In this document: piece after piece, positions 50,955 through 61,329 of the stretch
How the letters are laid out: each line of letters begins with the position of its first letter
Numbering within the stretch: the stretch's first letter is position 1
Assembly (NCBI GenBank): GCA_963821085.1
Contig: CAWGCE010000007.1
Span: 344,328 to 408,327 of the forward strand
Source of the DNA: an uncultured Planctomycetales bacterium
Lineage (GTDB): Bacteria > Planctomycetota > Planctomycetia > Pirellulales > Pirellulaceae
DNA length: 64,000 nucleotides
Reading direction: 5' to 3'
The notes under the pieces: generated by a model
The model's input: only the letters and a program-made list of their open reading frames with translations
Database searches by the model: none
What the model was told of the DNA's origin: nothing
Translations under genes and position numbers: made by a program

Positions 50955-53063
50955 TTACGAGTTGTGTCCTACCAGTTGGTTCTCAATTACATCGCCGAGG
51001 TGTTTTACTGTCAGATCGCGAGGCAATTCGCTTTCGCCAAGCACGACGATCTTGGTATCGCTCTTCAAGGCCTGCCGTCGGACCGCGGTGCGTACATCCG
51101 ACGGCACCAGGAGCACAGGACGAAGGGCTTGTTGCTGCGCCCAATCCAGTCGCATGGACAGGCTGCGAGCAAATTCGGGAAATTCGCGCCACGCGGACTC
51201 GGCACCATTCATCCGCAGCGACTTCACCACCAACTCGCCTGGACGCAGCGCTTCTATCACGCCTTCCTCACTCGTGTACTTGCCGACGATCTCACGTCCC
51301 AGGCGGCGGCGGACGTGTTCCACGAGCAGCTCCGGGTCGGTCGTCGACTTTGCGTGGTCGCTCAGCGTTTCGAGGATCGTGCCCAGGTTTCGAATCGAGA
51401 CGTTCTCTTGAATCAACAGTTGCAACACGCGTTGAACGTCAGGCAGACCCAACAGGCCGGGTATCAGCTCATCAACGACGGTAGGCGAATGTTCCCGTTG
51501 GCGATCAACCAGGCGTCGAGTCGCTTCACGTGTCAATAATTCATCGGCTCGACTGCGGACAATGTGCGCCAAATGAACCATCACCGCTTCGCTGGCAGAG
51601 AGCACTCGGTACCCAGCGGCGATCGCCCGTTCAGACGCCGCACGTTCGATCCAATAGGCAGGTGCGCCCGAGCACGGATCCGAGGCGGCGATACCTTCCA
51701 ATTCGACCACGGTTTGATCCGAGGCGATCGCGAATTCACGCAACGGATAGCTCACACCGCGAGCCACCACGTTATCGGAAATCTTGATGACGTATTCCTG
51801 GTCACTCAACTTCAGGTTGTCGCGAATGCGAACGCGGGGCAGTACCAATCCCAGTTCCGAGGCCACCTGGTTTCGCAGCGTGGTGACTCGTTCCAGCAAC
51901 TGGCCACCCCGGTTCGGGTCGGCCAATCGCAACAAGCCGACGCCGACTTCCAGCGCCAACGGTTCGACGGCCAGAAAGTCTTCGACGCTTTGTGCTTCGG
52001 CAGCCGTACCCTTTGCCGGTGATCGCTTCGCGTCGGAATTCGGTTCGACCGAACCATTTGGTGTTGAGGTTTTCGTCGCTGCTACTCGCGATTGTTCCAC
52101 GCCCCGTCCTTCTTCCCGCATCATCACCATTCCCAATCCAACGCAGATGGCTGCGATCGCAATCAACGGCAGGGCCGGCAGTTTGGCGAATACCAACAGG
52201 CACAGGAATCCGGCGGCGACGAACAGCGGTTCGGGTCGCGAGGCCAATTGTCTTACGAACTGCACCGAGAGGTCGGTGCGGGATGTGCCTCGAGTAATCA
52301 GGATGCCGGCACCAAGTGAAATCAGGAACGCCGGCAACTGACTGACCAGCCCGTCGCCAATCGTCAGCTTGGTATAGAGCGACGCCGCCTCAACGGGCAG
52401 CATGCCGTTCTCGATGACCCCCAAGTAGAGCCCACCAACAACATTTATCGCCATGATCGCCAGGCCCGCGACCGCATCGCCACGAAGAAACTTGCTTGCA
52501 CCATCCATCGCACCGTAAAAATCTGCCTGCTCGGCAACTTCAGCTCGACGAAGCTGCGCTTCGTGTTGATCGATGGTCCCCGAACTCAAGTCGGCATCGA
52601 TTGCCATCTGGCGACCATGCATTCCGTCCAGGGCAAATCTCGCCGCCACTTCACTGATGCGGCTGGCTCCCTTGGTGATCACAAGGAACTGAATCAGAAC
52701 GATGATCGAGAAAATGATGACGCCCACAAGCACATGATCACCGGCAACAAAGCGGCCGAATCCCTGAATCACTTTGCCAGCAGCATTCAGGCCATCGATG
52801 TGGGCGTGTGTCAGGATCAACCGCGTTGTCGCAACATTGAGGACCAATCGACCCAAAGTCGTCACCAGCAGGATCGTGGGAAAGACGCTCAAATCCAACG
52901 GTCGGTCGACAAAAACCGTGGCCAACAGGATCAGCACGGCCGCAGCGATGTTGGCTGCGATCAGAAGGTCCATTACACCGCTCGGCAACGGCACCAGAAT
53001 CACCATCAAACTGGCGATCAGCGAAACCGGTAACACGAATCTGGCGAGGCGTGAATATTGCAT
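50955..53063 (-). CDS. flhA: flagellar export apparatus protein FlhA
   Basis: 702 aa. FVAGDHVLVGVIIFSIIVLIQFLVITKGASRISEVAARFALDGMHGRQMAIDADL is the FHIPEP signature region. Confidence 0.95.
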   Translation of the reverse strand: MQYSRLARFVLPVSLIASLMVILVPLPSGVMDLLIAANIAAAVLILLATVFVDRPLDLSVFPTILLVTTLGRLVLNVATTRLILTHAHIDGLNAAGKVIQGFGRFVAGDHVLVGVIIFSIIVLIQFLVITKGASRISEVAARFALDGMHGRQMAIDADLSSGTIDQHEAQLRRAEVAEQADFYGAMDGASKFLRGDAVAGLAIMAINVVGGLYLGVIENGMLPVEAASLYTKLTIGDGLVSQLPAFLISLGAGILITRGTSRTDLSVQFVRQLASRPEPLFVAAGFLCLLVFAKLPALPLIAIAAICVGLGMVMMREEGRGVEQSRVAATKTSTPNGSVEPNSDAKRSPAKGTAAEAQSVEDFLAVEPLALEVGVGLLRLADPNRGGQLLERVTTLRNQVASELGLVLPRVRIRDNLKLSDQEYVIKISDNVVARGVSYPLREFAIASDQTVVELEGIAASDPCSGAPAYWIERAASERAIAAGYRVLSASEAVMVHLAHIVRSRADELLTREATRRLVDRQREHSPTVVDELIPGLLGLPDVQRVLQLLIQENVSIRNLGTILETLSDHAKSTTDPELLVEHVRRRLGREIVGKYTSEEGVIEALRPGELVVKSLRMNGAESAWREFPEFARSLSMRLDWAQQQALRPVLLVPSDVRTAVRRQALKSDTKIVVLGESELPRDLTVKHLGDVIENQLVGHNS

Positions 53064-53527
53064 CCGCGCGATGAGCCCTGATATTTCCCGCCACGTCGCA
53101 AAGCGACGCTAGCGTGTGAGTGATGAGTTCCTTGGATGAGAGGGCGGGATAGTATCGCGAGCGGTCCAAGGTGTCTAGTTCTTTTTGTGTCGAAATCGAA
53201 TGCTTTCGTGGGCTGGCAGAAGATTAGTAGAAGTGGACAATTTGGGAAACTAAAATGGCGGGTCTAGCCTTTCATGATTGTTTAGCGAATCCCGACAAGA
53301 TCTGCGAATTCTCAGGTCGGCATGATAAGCGGTAACAGCCGTACGTGTTTTTCTGCTGGGCAAAAATATGCCAAGCCGAGAAAACAAAGACGCTGCATGG
53401 TATCAACCACTTCAACAAGAAGCGCCACTCGGGCCACTGACAGGTTACTACTGATCATGACAAACGATTCTCAACAACCGACGCGATACGCCTCCGGTGT
53501 CAAGCTGGCTCCGTTTAATGACCTTCC

Positions 53528-54628
53528 TTGGTATTCCCCAGGATCTGGCACGGCATGAGCGTTTCAGCGTTTGGCAAGTTGGTCGCCGAGTACCGCTATC
53601 AGATCGACCGGAATCGCATGCAAGTCGCCGCCACGACCTACATGACGTCGGCGGTGCCACCGATCACCGACAGATTGCAGAGCTGGATGTTCGGCAAGAA
53701 ATCTGCCGAACTGCCACTTGTTCAGGATCCGATCATCGTAATTGGGCACTGGCGCAGCGGAACAACTTACCTGCATGAACTGCTAACGCTCGACGAACGC
53801 TACGCGTCCCCCACGACGTTTCAGTGCTTCAATCCGATGTCATTCATCGCTTCCGGATTCTGGGCCAAGCCGCTGACGTCTTTTCTGCTGCCGAAGCACC
53901 GGCCGATGGACAACATGGAAATGAACTGGAGCGCACCGCAGGAAGACGAGTTTGCGTTACTGTCGATGGGGCTGCCGACGACCTACCGCCGAATTGCGTT
54001 TCCGAACCGTGTGGCGCGACATATGGACTACTTGCACATGGGTTGTGTTCCTCAGCCGGAAATCGACCGCTGGAAAGCCGGTTTGATGAAATTCGTGAAG
54101 TATTTGAACTACTACTACCGCAAGCCAATCGTGCTTAAATCGCCGCCGCACACGGGCCGGATCAGGGTCTTGTTGGAGATGTTTCCGAACGCCAAATTCA
54201 TCCACATTACACGGAACCCGTTCAAGTTCATTCCATCCACAATCCACATGTGGGCCGCTCTGGATCACACGAACGCATTCCAGGAACCCACCAACGAACA
54301 CCTCCGCGATTTTGTGTTCTCCAGTTTCGAGCGACTCTACCACGGATTTAACCGCGATCGTGGTCTGGTCGGTCCGCACAATTTCATCAACGTTCGTTTT
54401 GAAGAGCTGACGGCGGACACGGAATCGGTGATGCGACGCATGTATAATCAGCTCGACTTGGGTAATTTTGCGAATATCCAGCAACCACTGAAAGCGCGAC
54501 TGGAAGCGGACCGCGATTACAAGAAGAACAAGCATGATCTCGCCAAGGATCTTGCGGAAGAAATCGAAAGTCGCTGCAGCGACTACATCAAGCAGTTTGG
54601 TTACGGCGCCGAGTCGGCGGCAGCCTAA
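53528..54628 (+). CDS. sulfotransferase-family protein
   Basis: PIIVIGHWRSGTTYLHELL (5'-PSB loop) and FIHITRNP (3'-PB-like). It is oriented opposite to the flagellar genes on both sides. Confidence 0.8.
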   Translation: MVFPRIWHGMSVSAFGKLVAEYRYQIDRNRMQVAATTYMTSAVPPITDRLQSWMFGKKSAELPLVQDPIIVIGHWRSGTTYLHELLTLDERYASPTTFQCFNPMSFIASGFWAKPLTSFLLPKHRPMDNMEMNWSAPQEDEFALLSMGLPTTYRRIAFPNRVARHMDYLHMGCVPQPEIDRWKAGLMKFVKYLNYYYRKPIVLKSPPHTGRIRVLLEMFPNAKFIHITRNPFKFIPSTIHMWAALDHTNAFQEPTNEHLRDFVFSSFERLYHGFNRDRGLVGPHNFINVRFEELTADTESVMRRMYNQLDLGNFANIQQPLKARLEADRDYKKNKHDLAKDLAEEIESRCSDYIKQFGYGAESAAA

Positions 54629-54769
54629 CGCGATTTCATTTGTCGTCGTGGCTAAGATCTCCTGATAAGGGCTTACGTCTTACCCACGCTCCAGCGATCG
54701 CAGCTTCGTGGTCTCCCATCAGGTGAATGCGTCGACAGGCCTGGTGCAGCAGCTTGGCGAAAGGTGCGA

Positions 54770-55528
54770 TCAGGCATCCGCATCCGACGATGCATCGCCC
54801 GACGCGTACCTGTTTGGTCGCTTGACCGACATCGCCGGGGCCCGATCCTTCATTTCGGCCTGATATTCTTCGGCCGTCATCCGCAGCGAACGTCGATGCC
54901 GCGAAGTGGCGAGCCAATACTCGGCCAGACTGATGACGCCCAACGCTGCGAGCGACAGAAAAACGATCTGGAAGATGCATTCTGTCGCACCAGCAAAACT
55001 TTCAAAAACACCCTCGGAACCGACGGCCAGTCGCGTCCTGTTCGACCACAACCCGACGGCGGCGACCGACAGGCAGACACCCATCTTCAATAATTCAATC
55101 GACGCGTCGAACAGCCGCTCGGTCGAGAACATTGAGGTCAGTCGCTTACCGGGATGCAACCGCTGCAGGTCGGGGGATACCCGTTGCGGCGCCCACACCC
55201 AGCCGCCCTGGGTCCAGTTCGCCACGATGGCCACAGCGAAGGCGCAGATCAGGATCGGCAACAATAGCTGGCCCATCCACGTCGCAGAATCTCGCCCCAG
55301 TTGCGATGCGCCCGATACGGACAATTCCAGTTGCGGTGCCGACGCCAATCGAGTCCGTAGGAACTGTCCAAGCGACTCAACGAGATGAGCTCCATACCAC
55401 CACAGCAGCAGAAAACCGCCCAGCATGGTGACAACGGTCACGAGGCTTGCGCTGCGAGCCACGTTCCCTTCGCGCTTCGCTCGGGCGATTCGCTGTGGCG
55501 TCGGATCGAAGATACGCTCGTCGGACAA
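54770..55528 (-). CDS. flhB: flagellar export protein FlhB, N-terminal/TM part only; the cytoplasmic domain looks degenerate or truncated
   Basis: MSDERIFDPTPQRIARAKREGNVARS, four TM helices, then LRMTAEEYQAEMKD. No NPTH motif occurs in any frame before the convergent sulfotransferase stop. An RRAMHRRMRM-like piece lies in another frame. Confidence 0.75.
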   Translation of the reverse strand: MSDERIFDPTPQRIARAKREGNVARSASLVTVVTMLGGFLLLWWYGAHLVESLGQFLRTRLASAPQLELSVSGASQLGRDSATWMGQLLLPILICAFAVAIVANWTQGGWVWAPQRVSPDLQRLHPGKRLTSMFSTERLFDASIELLKMGVCLSVAAVGLWSNRTRLAVGSEGVFESFAGATECIFQIVFLSLAALGVISLAEYWLATSRHRRSLRMTAEEYQAEMKDRAPAMSVKRPNRYASGDASSDADA

Positions 55529-55536
55529 ATCAAACC

Positions 55537-56292
55537 TCAGATGGACGTCTCAAGGCAGGTTACCAGACGCTCCATGTAAAAAGGAATCTGCTCCTGCAAA
55601 GTCCAACCCACCGAACCCATGAACAAGAACAGCGACCCAATTAACACGATGCTGTTCAATCCGGCAGCCGACATGAAAATCTGGAACCTCGGCAGGAACC
55701 GGCTCAGTACGGCCACCACAATAATTGCCGTCAACAGGGAAACAAGTACTGGAAACGAAGCGCGCAATCCGAGGGCAAAACTCAACGTCAACAGCGAGGC
55801 GAGCGAACCCACCAACTCGCTGTGAAAACTGCACGACCCCAGCGGTATCTCGCGTAGTGTCGTCAACAGCACATCGATCACCAGGCGATGCCCGCCAATC
55901 ACCAGGAAGATTGCCAGGCTGAAGTAATCGAGAAATCGTGTCAACGGTGCACCGGTCGGGCCACCCAGGATGGCTCCCAACGACAGGCCACTGGCGGTGC
56001 TCAGTACCTGCGAAACGACTTGGACGCCGGCAAACAGTACGTGCACACCGACTCCAAGAACGAGACCAACCAGCAGCTCGGTACCGATCGCCAGGCAGAG
56101 GGTGGTCCGATTGTCCGGATCGACCTCGTCACCCAACTGGCAAACGGGCGCAACCATCAGCGCCAGCAGGAATGCGGCAGCAACTCGAAACCGCCAACCG
56201 GCAATCATGCGATCAGCACCCGTTGGCAAAGCTATTGCGACGCCCAGCAGCCGGGCACACACGAGCAGGAATACCGCAGTCAGAGATGGCAA
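55537..56292 (-). CDS. fliR: flagellar export protein FliR (start uncertain; TTG 56292 proposed)
   Basis: Polytopic membrane protein located between fliQ and flhB. N-terminal ...LTAVFLLVCARLLGVAIALP fits FliR. The ORF opens at 56406, overlapping fliQ. Confidence 0.8.
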   Translation of the reverse strand: MPSLTAVFLLVCARLLGVAIALPTGADRMIAGWRFRVAAAFLLALMVAPVCQLGDEVDPDNRTTLCLAIGTELLVGLVLGVGVHVLFAGVQVVSQVLSTASGLSLGAILGGPTGAPLTRFLDYFSLAIFLVIGGHRLVIDVLLTTLREIPLGSCSFHSELVGSLASLLTLSFALGLRASFPVLVSLLTAIIVVAVLSRFLPRFQIFMSAAGLNSIVLIGSLFLFMGSVGWTLQEQIPFYMERLVTCLETSI

Positions 56293-56338
56293 GGATGACT
56301 CTCTCGAATAAACGGTGGCCCGGGCAACCCGGCTGGAA

Positions 56339-56614
56339 CTAACCGCTGCCGCCCAACATGGAAATTTGCGTGAACAGCGTCTGCGAATAGACGACCATGC
56401 GTTCAATGAGCCACGGCAGGCAGACGACGATCGTCAACAGGATCGCCATCATTCGCGGCACGAGCGAGATCGATGGATCGTGAACCTGCGTCACCGATTG
56501 CAATACGGCAACGACCAGGCCAATCAACAGCCCAACAATCAGGGGTGGAGCCGCCAAAGTCAACGTCATGACCATTGCTTCTCGAGCTAAGTCCACTACC
56601 GAGTCAACCATCAT
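56339..56614 (-). CDS. fliQ: flagellar export protein FliQ
   Basis: 91 aa. LAAPPLIVGLLIGLVVAVLQSVTQVHDPSISLVPRMMAILL. Confidence 0.92.
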   Translation of the reverse strand: MMVDSVVDLAREAMVMTLTLAAPPLIVGLLIGLVVAVLQSVTQVHDPSISLVPRMMAILLTIVVCLPWLIERMVVYSQTLFTQISMLGGSG

Positions 56615-56662
56615 GAATTCCGACTCCCAGAACTTTTCTCATTGCCGCCGCGGACGTCCGCC

Positions 56663-57568
56663 TTAGCTGAATACTCCAAAACTCTGCAGCAACATGCCAA
56701 CCACCAGATGCCAACCGTCGACCAGGACAAACAGCAGCAGTTTCATCGGTAACGAAACCATCACCGGTGGCAACATCATCATCCCCATCGACGTCGTTAC
56801 GCTTGCCACGACCAGATCGATGACCAGAAATGGAAGGAAAATCTGGAATCCAATGAGGAATGCAGTCTTCAACTCGCTCAACACGAATGCCGGTAACAGC
56901 GCTTCCAGCGGCACGTCGTCATAGGTCTGCGGCGCTGCCGTCTCGCCGTTCCCACCCGCCAGCAGGTGATCGTAGAACAGGTAGACGTCGGCTCCATTGC
57001 CAGCGCGCTCAATTTGTTGACTCATGAACGTGCGCACCGGAGCAACGCCGCGATTCCAGGCCTCCATTGCCGGCAGCTGTTGTTCGGTGTACGGCACGAT
57101 GCCATCGCGATAAACCTGTTTCCAGACCGGTGACATGACCAGTACGGTCATGAACAGCGCCAAGGACGTGATGATCTGGTTCGAGGGCAGCATCTGAGTG
57201 CCCAGCGCCTGGCGTAACAAAGCGAGGACCACAGAAATACGTATGAAGCTGGTCGTCATCAGCAAGACCGCGGGAGCCAGGCTAAGAACACTCAGCGCCA
57301 ACATCGTTTTCCACGTTGATCCAACACCCTTGGGGCTGGACCACTCGTTGAACAGGCCGGATGCTGTTTCGAAGATCGGCGATTCGGCCGAGGACTCGGC
57401 GGCGACACCTGAGGTTGGCCGTTGGGCACTTTGGGCCCACGCCTCGGCCGATATCGCAACGAAACATACGGCTGCCAGAACCAACACGGCAACCGTGCGA
57501 GTCCAGTTCGATCGCGCAGCGCCGCGGTGCGATCGAATGGCATCCTGTTGCAACATGAGTTTCTTCAA
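56663..57568 (-). CDS. fliP: flagellar export protein FliP
   Basis: [36 protein letters not shown] and [41 protein letters not shown]. Confidence 0.93.
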   Translation of the reverse strand: MKKLMLQQDAIRSHRGAARSNWTRTVAVLVLAAVCFVAISAEAWAQSAQRPTSGVAAESSAESPIFETASGLFNEWSSPKGVGSTWKTMLALSVLSLAPAVLLMTTSFIRISVVLALLRQALGTQMLPSNQIITSLALFMTVLVMSPVWKQVYRDGIVPYTEQQLPAMEAWNRGVAPVRTFMSQQIERAGNGADVYLFYDHLLAGGNGETAAPQTYDDVPLEALLPAFVLSELKTAFLIGFQIFLPFLVIDLVVASVTTSMGMMMLPPVMVSLPMKLLLFVLVDGWHLVVGMLLQSFGVFS

Positions 57569-57592
57569 CGTGATTCGCTCGACATTCTGTTT

Positions 57593-58228
57593 CTAAAAAC
57601 TGGCTGCGGCTTCGCTGTTGAGCATTTCGCGTACACTGCGAGCCACCTGAACCGACGAGCCGCCATGGCAAAGCCCCACCACGCGCTCAATCTCCTGTGG
57701 ATTCGTCAACTCGGTCAGCTTCTCAAGTCCATTCGCAGTCTTGGCCAGCACCAGTAATCTGTCCCCAAACTTCACCACATGAGCCTGCTTGCCCAACAAG
57801 GAAACACGTCCCATGGTCCGAAAGACTTGCTCTTCCTCGACGGCCGGCAGTCGGTTGCGCCGTACAACCCATGCGAAAAGGAAAAAACCACCCAATACGA
57901 CGGCCAGACTACTGAGCATTCGGACGGGGTTCCCCAACGACCCCTGGGCAGACTTCACGGCCGCAGCTTCCTCCGCAACAGGGCGTGGAGGTAGCAGCAG
58001 CGAATCGGGCGATGCCGCGGTGGGGATCGTCGTAGCTGCAGGCGACGGCACAACTTCTTTTTTTCGTACGGGCGGCTTTGGAGTTTCCGATTCGGCGGTG
58101 CCCCCTTCCGCCAGCATGATGGGAATTGGCAGACTGTAACTCTGCGGCTCAGGGTACTCTTGCCCTGGCGTGTCGACCTGTGCGTTTGCAATGGCCGCGC
58201 AACAGGCAATGACACTGAGCGTCGACAT
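57593..58228 (-). CDS. fliO: FliO-like flagellar protein with N-terminal Pro-rich extension
   Basis: It lies between fliN and fliP. A single TM helix (LSSLAVVLGGFFLFAWVV) is followed by RVSLLGKQAHVVKFGDRLLVLAKTANGLEKLTEL. Confidence 0.6.
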   Translation of the reverse strand: MSTLSVIACCAAIANAQVDTPGQEYPEPQSYSLPIPIMLAEGGTAESETPKPPVRKKEVVPSPAATTIPTAASPDSLLLPPRPVAEEAAAVKSAQGSLGNPVRMLSSLAVVLGGFFLFAWVVRRNRLPAVEEEQVFRTMGRVSLLGKQAHVVKFGDRLLVLAKTANGLEKLTELTNPQEIERVVGLCHGGSSVQVARSVREMLNSEAAASF

Positions 58229-58235
58229 GAGACAC

Positions 58236-58640
58236 TTAAGCAACACCAGCGACCTCGCTTCCTGCCAGGCGGGTGATCCGAATTCCCATCTGCCCCTCAC
58301 GTTTGACTAGTTCACCGAAAGCAATGATGCGATCACCAATGGTCAGCTCGACCGGCGCTTCGACGTCCTCGTCGAGTGCGAGGATCTCGCCGTCTACAAG
58401 ACCGGCTCGATCAGCCGCAAGTTTCGCCCTGCCAAATATCAATTGAGCCGTGGCGTTTTCGACGGTCAAACCGGCGTCTTCGACACCACTCAACTCACCT
58501 AATGCATACCGTTCGATTTCACCGCCCTGCCCTGCCGCCGATGCAGCCGACGCCAACTCTGGTGGGCTGGGTCGCAACCTGGTTTCTGTCGCGCCGGGCG
58601 AGGTTTGCGGCTGCGCAATTTGCATTTTCGACGCCCACAA
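58236..58640 (-). CDS. fliN: flagellar motor switch protein FliN (SpoA domain)
   Basis: LIFGRAKLAADRAGLVDGEILALDEDVEAPVELTIGDRIIAFGELVKREGQMGIRITRL. Confidence 0.85.
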   Translation of the reverse strand: MWASKMQIAQPQTSPGATETRLRPSPPELASAASAAGQGGEIERYALGELSGVEDAGLTVENATAQLIFGRAKLAADRAGLVDGEILALDEDVEAPVELTIGDRIIAFGELVKREGQMGIRITRLAGSEVAGVA

Positions 58641-58768
58641 TTTCTGGAGACATTACTTTGGACACGGAAACGACAGCTGGAAAAGCCGCCGGACAAGAGT
58701 CGGACTGTCCCGAAATCGACGGGCGCAATCAAGACCAGACAACCGCTGCCATGCTGGCACACCGGACC

Positions 58769-59890
58769 TCATGCCGACAAACGCAATAGACCGGTTTCAC
58801 CGCCATCCGAGTTGGCCCGAATCAGGCCTTGAGCTGCTTCTACCATCGTTGCCTGCGCTGCATGAATGTCTCCCAGACGCAGTGGGCCGATAGCAGACAG
58901 CCGCCGTTTGATGTCCAAAGCGACATCAACTGGCAGATTGGAAATCAGTTCCCGCAAACAGTTTTGGCTGGCGCCTGCCAAGGCGGTGGTTGCCGTTGGT
59001 CTGGGTACGAGCTCGAACAGGTTAGACAGGACTTGGTGATCCAGCTCGATCAATTGATCAAATTCTGCTGCCGTACGCGCGTACGAGGCACCTTCGCTGG
59101 CTGACTCGTTAAGGGAGGTTGCGGTGGAAAATCGAGTCATCAAATTGGCGTCAAATCGGACGAGGTTGTCGATGATTTTCGACCGGGAATGGAAGTCGGC
59201 TGAATCGAGAATCGAGCGGACTGCGTTCCACCCACCGTGGTTCCGTTGGTCATCTTCGTGCTCGCGCTGAATCTCTTCGCGCAGCTGTTGTTCGACCTCC
59301 AGCATCGATTCACTGTCGCCTTTTTCCATTTCAGCGATCCGGCGAACAACTTCGTACTGCTGGCCGGGCGGAAGTAATTGAATCAGCACCGCGGCTCGCG
59401 ACGGTGCGAGCGTCGTCAGTACCGCGGCAATCGTCTGTGGATGCTCGTTGCGCAAATGGCGAGCGATCTGATCCACGCTGCTGTTGGTGTGCAGCCGTGG
59501 TGAGGCTTCGGCCACGTGGACCACGTCCGGCGACTCGGACCGCAACGGGATCTCAGCGGAATCTTCGGCGACAACGCCCAGCAGATCCGAATTCTCGTCT
59601 GAATCACCTCTTTCGACGCATGGTTCCGGCTCGACTTCCGCCGCGTAGGCGGACTCGGTGCCCGCAACACTACCTTGCAACACTTCCAGGAAATCGGCCG
59701 AGACGGACGCGCGATCAAGGGGCGATTCCGCCAATTCGTAGACGGCTTCGCGCACCAGGCGCGCCTGCTCATCTGAAAAGCGACTCAACAACGTCTCAGC
59801 GGTGTCAGCATCGAGGCTCGCGACGAGCCGAGCTACATCGCGTAAATGGTGGCTACGAGTCTCGTCCGTGCGTTTCAGGTTGGCGGTCAT
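58769..59890 (-). CDS. fliG: flagellar motor switch protein FliG
   Basis: HLRNEHPQTIAAVLTTLAPSRAAVLIQLLPPGQQYEVVRRIAEME and the C-terminal ...ALAGASQNCLRELISNLPVDVALDIK...LRLGDIHAAQATMV. Its start overlaps the fliF stop (TAATG). Confidence 0.85.
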   Translation of the reverse strand: MTANLKRTDETRSHHLRDVARLVASLDADTAETLLSRFSDEQARLVREAVYELAESPLDRASVSADFLEVLQGSVAGTESAYAAEVEPEPCVERGDSDENSDLLGVVAEDSAEIPLRSESPDVVHVAEASPRLHTNSSVDQIARHLRNEHPQTIAAVLTTLAPSRAAVLIQLLPPGQQYEVVRRIAEMEKGDSESMLEVEQQLREEIQREHEDDQRNHGGWNAVRSILDSADFHSRSKIIDNLVRFDANLMTRFSTATSLNESASEGASYARTAAEFDQLIELDHQVLSNLFELVPRPTATTALAGASQNCLRELISNLPVDVALDIKRRLSAIGPLRLGDIHAAQATMVEAAQGLIRANSDGGETGLLRLSA

Positions 59891-61329
59891 TATGCTGCTT
59901 TCTCAATCCATTCAGCCAACTTCGCAGCTGCTGCATCGGGATCCTGTCGCACGATGCGTGTCAGTTCCTGATGGAAATCATCCCGCTCTTTAGGGATCGT
60001 TTCCGCGAGTTGCTCCGGGACGTCGGTCGCTGGCTGCGGGCTCAAGGCCGGGACAGGCTGCTCGGTGTATTCCGAGTTGCGAGAGTGGTGTTGCGTGCCT
60101 CGAACCGCCAATGAATCACGAGCGATACTCCAACAAAGAACAAGGAACAACATCAACGAAAGCAGACCCAACCCGGCTGTTTGCCAACCGAAAGGCAAAA
60201 GGTTCAACATTTGCCAACGCCGTGTCGCAGCGATCGCCCGCGAATTGCCCTGGATTGACTTGATGCTGATCGTTGCCAGCTGAGGCAAGGCCTGCTTGAT
60301 CAGCTCGCGTACGCGTTCGTTCTGTTGCTGCTTGATCTGCTCGAGTGAGCTCACCTCGGTTTGCGATCGTTGCTTGCGTGTCAGGGATCGACGTTGTTCA
60401 TGCAACACCATGTTGTAGAAGCTATCCGGAATCCCAATGGCCACGCCAACACTCGATGGAACCAGCACCGTTGCCGATTCGGAATTGCCGCCACCGTCCG
60501 AGATCGCGCCGCGTGTTTCGTACTGCAGGTCGACATTCACTGCCACGCAGACGCCGGGGATGTGGCCCAACATGGTGCGCAGTTTCTGTTGCCAGTCGCG
60601 TTGGTAAGTCATCTTGCGCACCGCAAATTCGTCCGACCGCATCAACGCCCGATCATCAATGCCCCCTGCGAAAGACCTGCCTGTTTCCAGATCGGTAACG
60701 GTTACGTCTTGTGGTTGCAGGTCTACCTTCGAAGAGGCAACGAGATGACGGATGCTGCGGACCATGGCAACATCGAGTGGTTTGTTCGCGGTCGGCTGAA
60801 CGACCACCATTGCGGTCATGCGGCGTTCGCGTTGAAAGGGACCAGTCATCGATTGATCCAGTTGCACAGTCGCGTCTTCGATCCCTTTCATCGTGCGCAG
60901 GATTAGAGCCAGCTCGCGTTGTTGCGTCGATTGCAGCCTCGCTCGACGCTGCTCCTGCGACTCAAAAGGGCTCGACCTGCTGAGTTCGTTTTTCAGCTCG
61001 AGGTCGAACTGCGGCAACGCGTTTCCCGCCGCCAGCGCCCCGATATATTCAGCCCGATGTTCACGAGGCACTCGCACCTGCCCGTCTTCGATCACGTAAT
61101 CGTCGAGCGCTGCCTGGGCGAGTGCGGCCTCGACGATCGTCAGTTCACGAGGCGAAAAATTTCGACCAGACAGGATCAATTCATAACGCGGAGTGGCCTG
61201 GTACACGCCCCACAACGCAACCAACACGCCGCAGCCAAGCATCGCCATGCGCGTAAGGCGCTGCTGGCGATCGGACAATTGTCCCCAGCTTTGCCTGGCG
61301 GTAATGAGGAATCGTTTGAGTTGGTCCAT
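59890..61329 (-). CDS. fliF: flagellar M-ring protein FliF
   Basis: N-terminal TM helix, YVIEDGQVRVPREHRAEY, LALILRTMKGIEDATVQL, and a C-terminal TM helix. The ORF opens at 61437. Confidence 0.9.
   Translation of the reverse strand: MDQLKRFLITARQSWGQLSDRQQRLTRMAMLGCGVLVALWGVYQATPRYELILSGRNFSPRELTIVEAALAQAALDDYVIEDGQVRVPREHRAEYIGALAAGNALPQFDLELKNELSRSSPFESQEQRRARLQSTQQRELALILRTMKGIEDATVQLDQSMTGPFQRERRMTAMVVVQPTANKPLDVAMVRSIRHLVASSKVDLQPQDVTVTDLETGRSFAGGIDDRALMRSDEFAVRKMTYQRDWQQKLRTMLGHIPGVCVAVNVDLQYETRGAISDGGGNSESATVLVPSSVGVAIGIPDSFYNMVLHEQRRSLTRKQRSQTEVSSLEQIKQQQNERVRELIKQALPQLATISIKSIQGNSRAIAATRRWQMLNLLPFGWQTAGLGLLSLMLFLVLCWSIARDSLAVRGTQHHSRNSEYTEQPVPALSPQPATDVPEQLAETIPKERDDFHQELTRIVRQDPDAAAAKLAEWIEKAA

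Noticed and set aside
54690-54720. MGDH in an alternative flhB frame as a diverged NPTH autocleavage site
   Set aside because: Only H and one or two flanking residues match. NPTH is nearly invariant in FlhB/YscU proteins, and too little sequence follows it to form the C-terminal subdomain.
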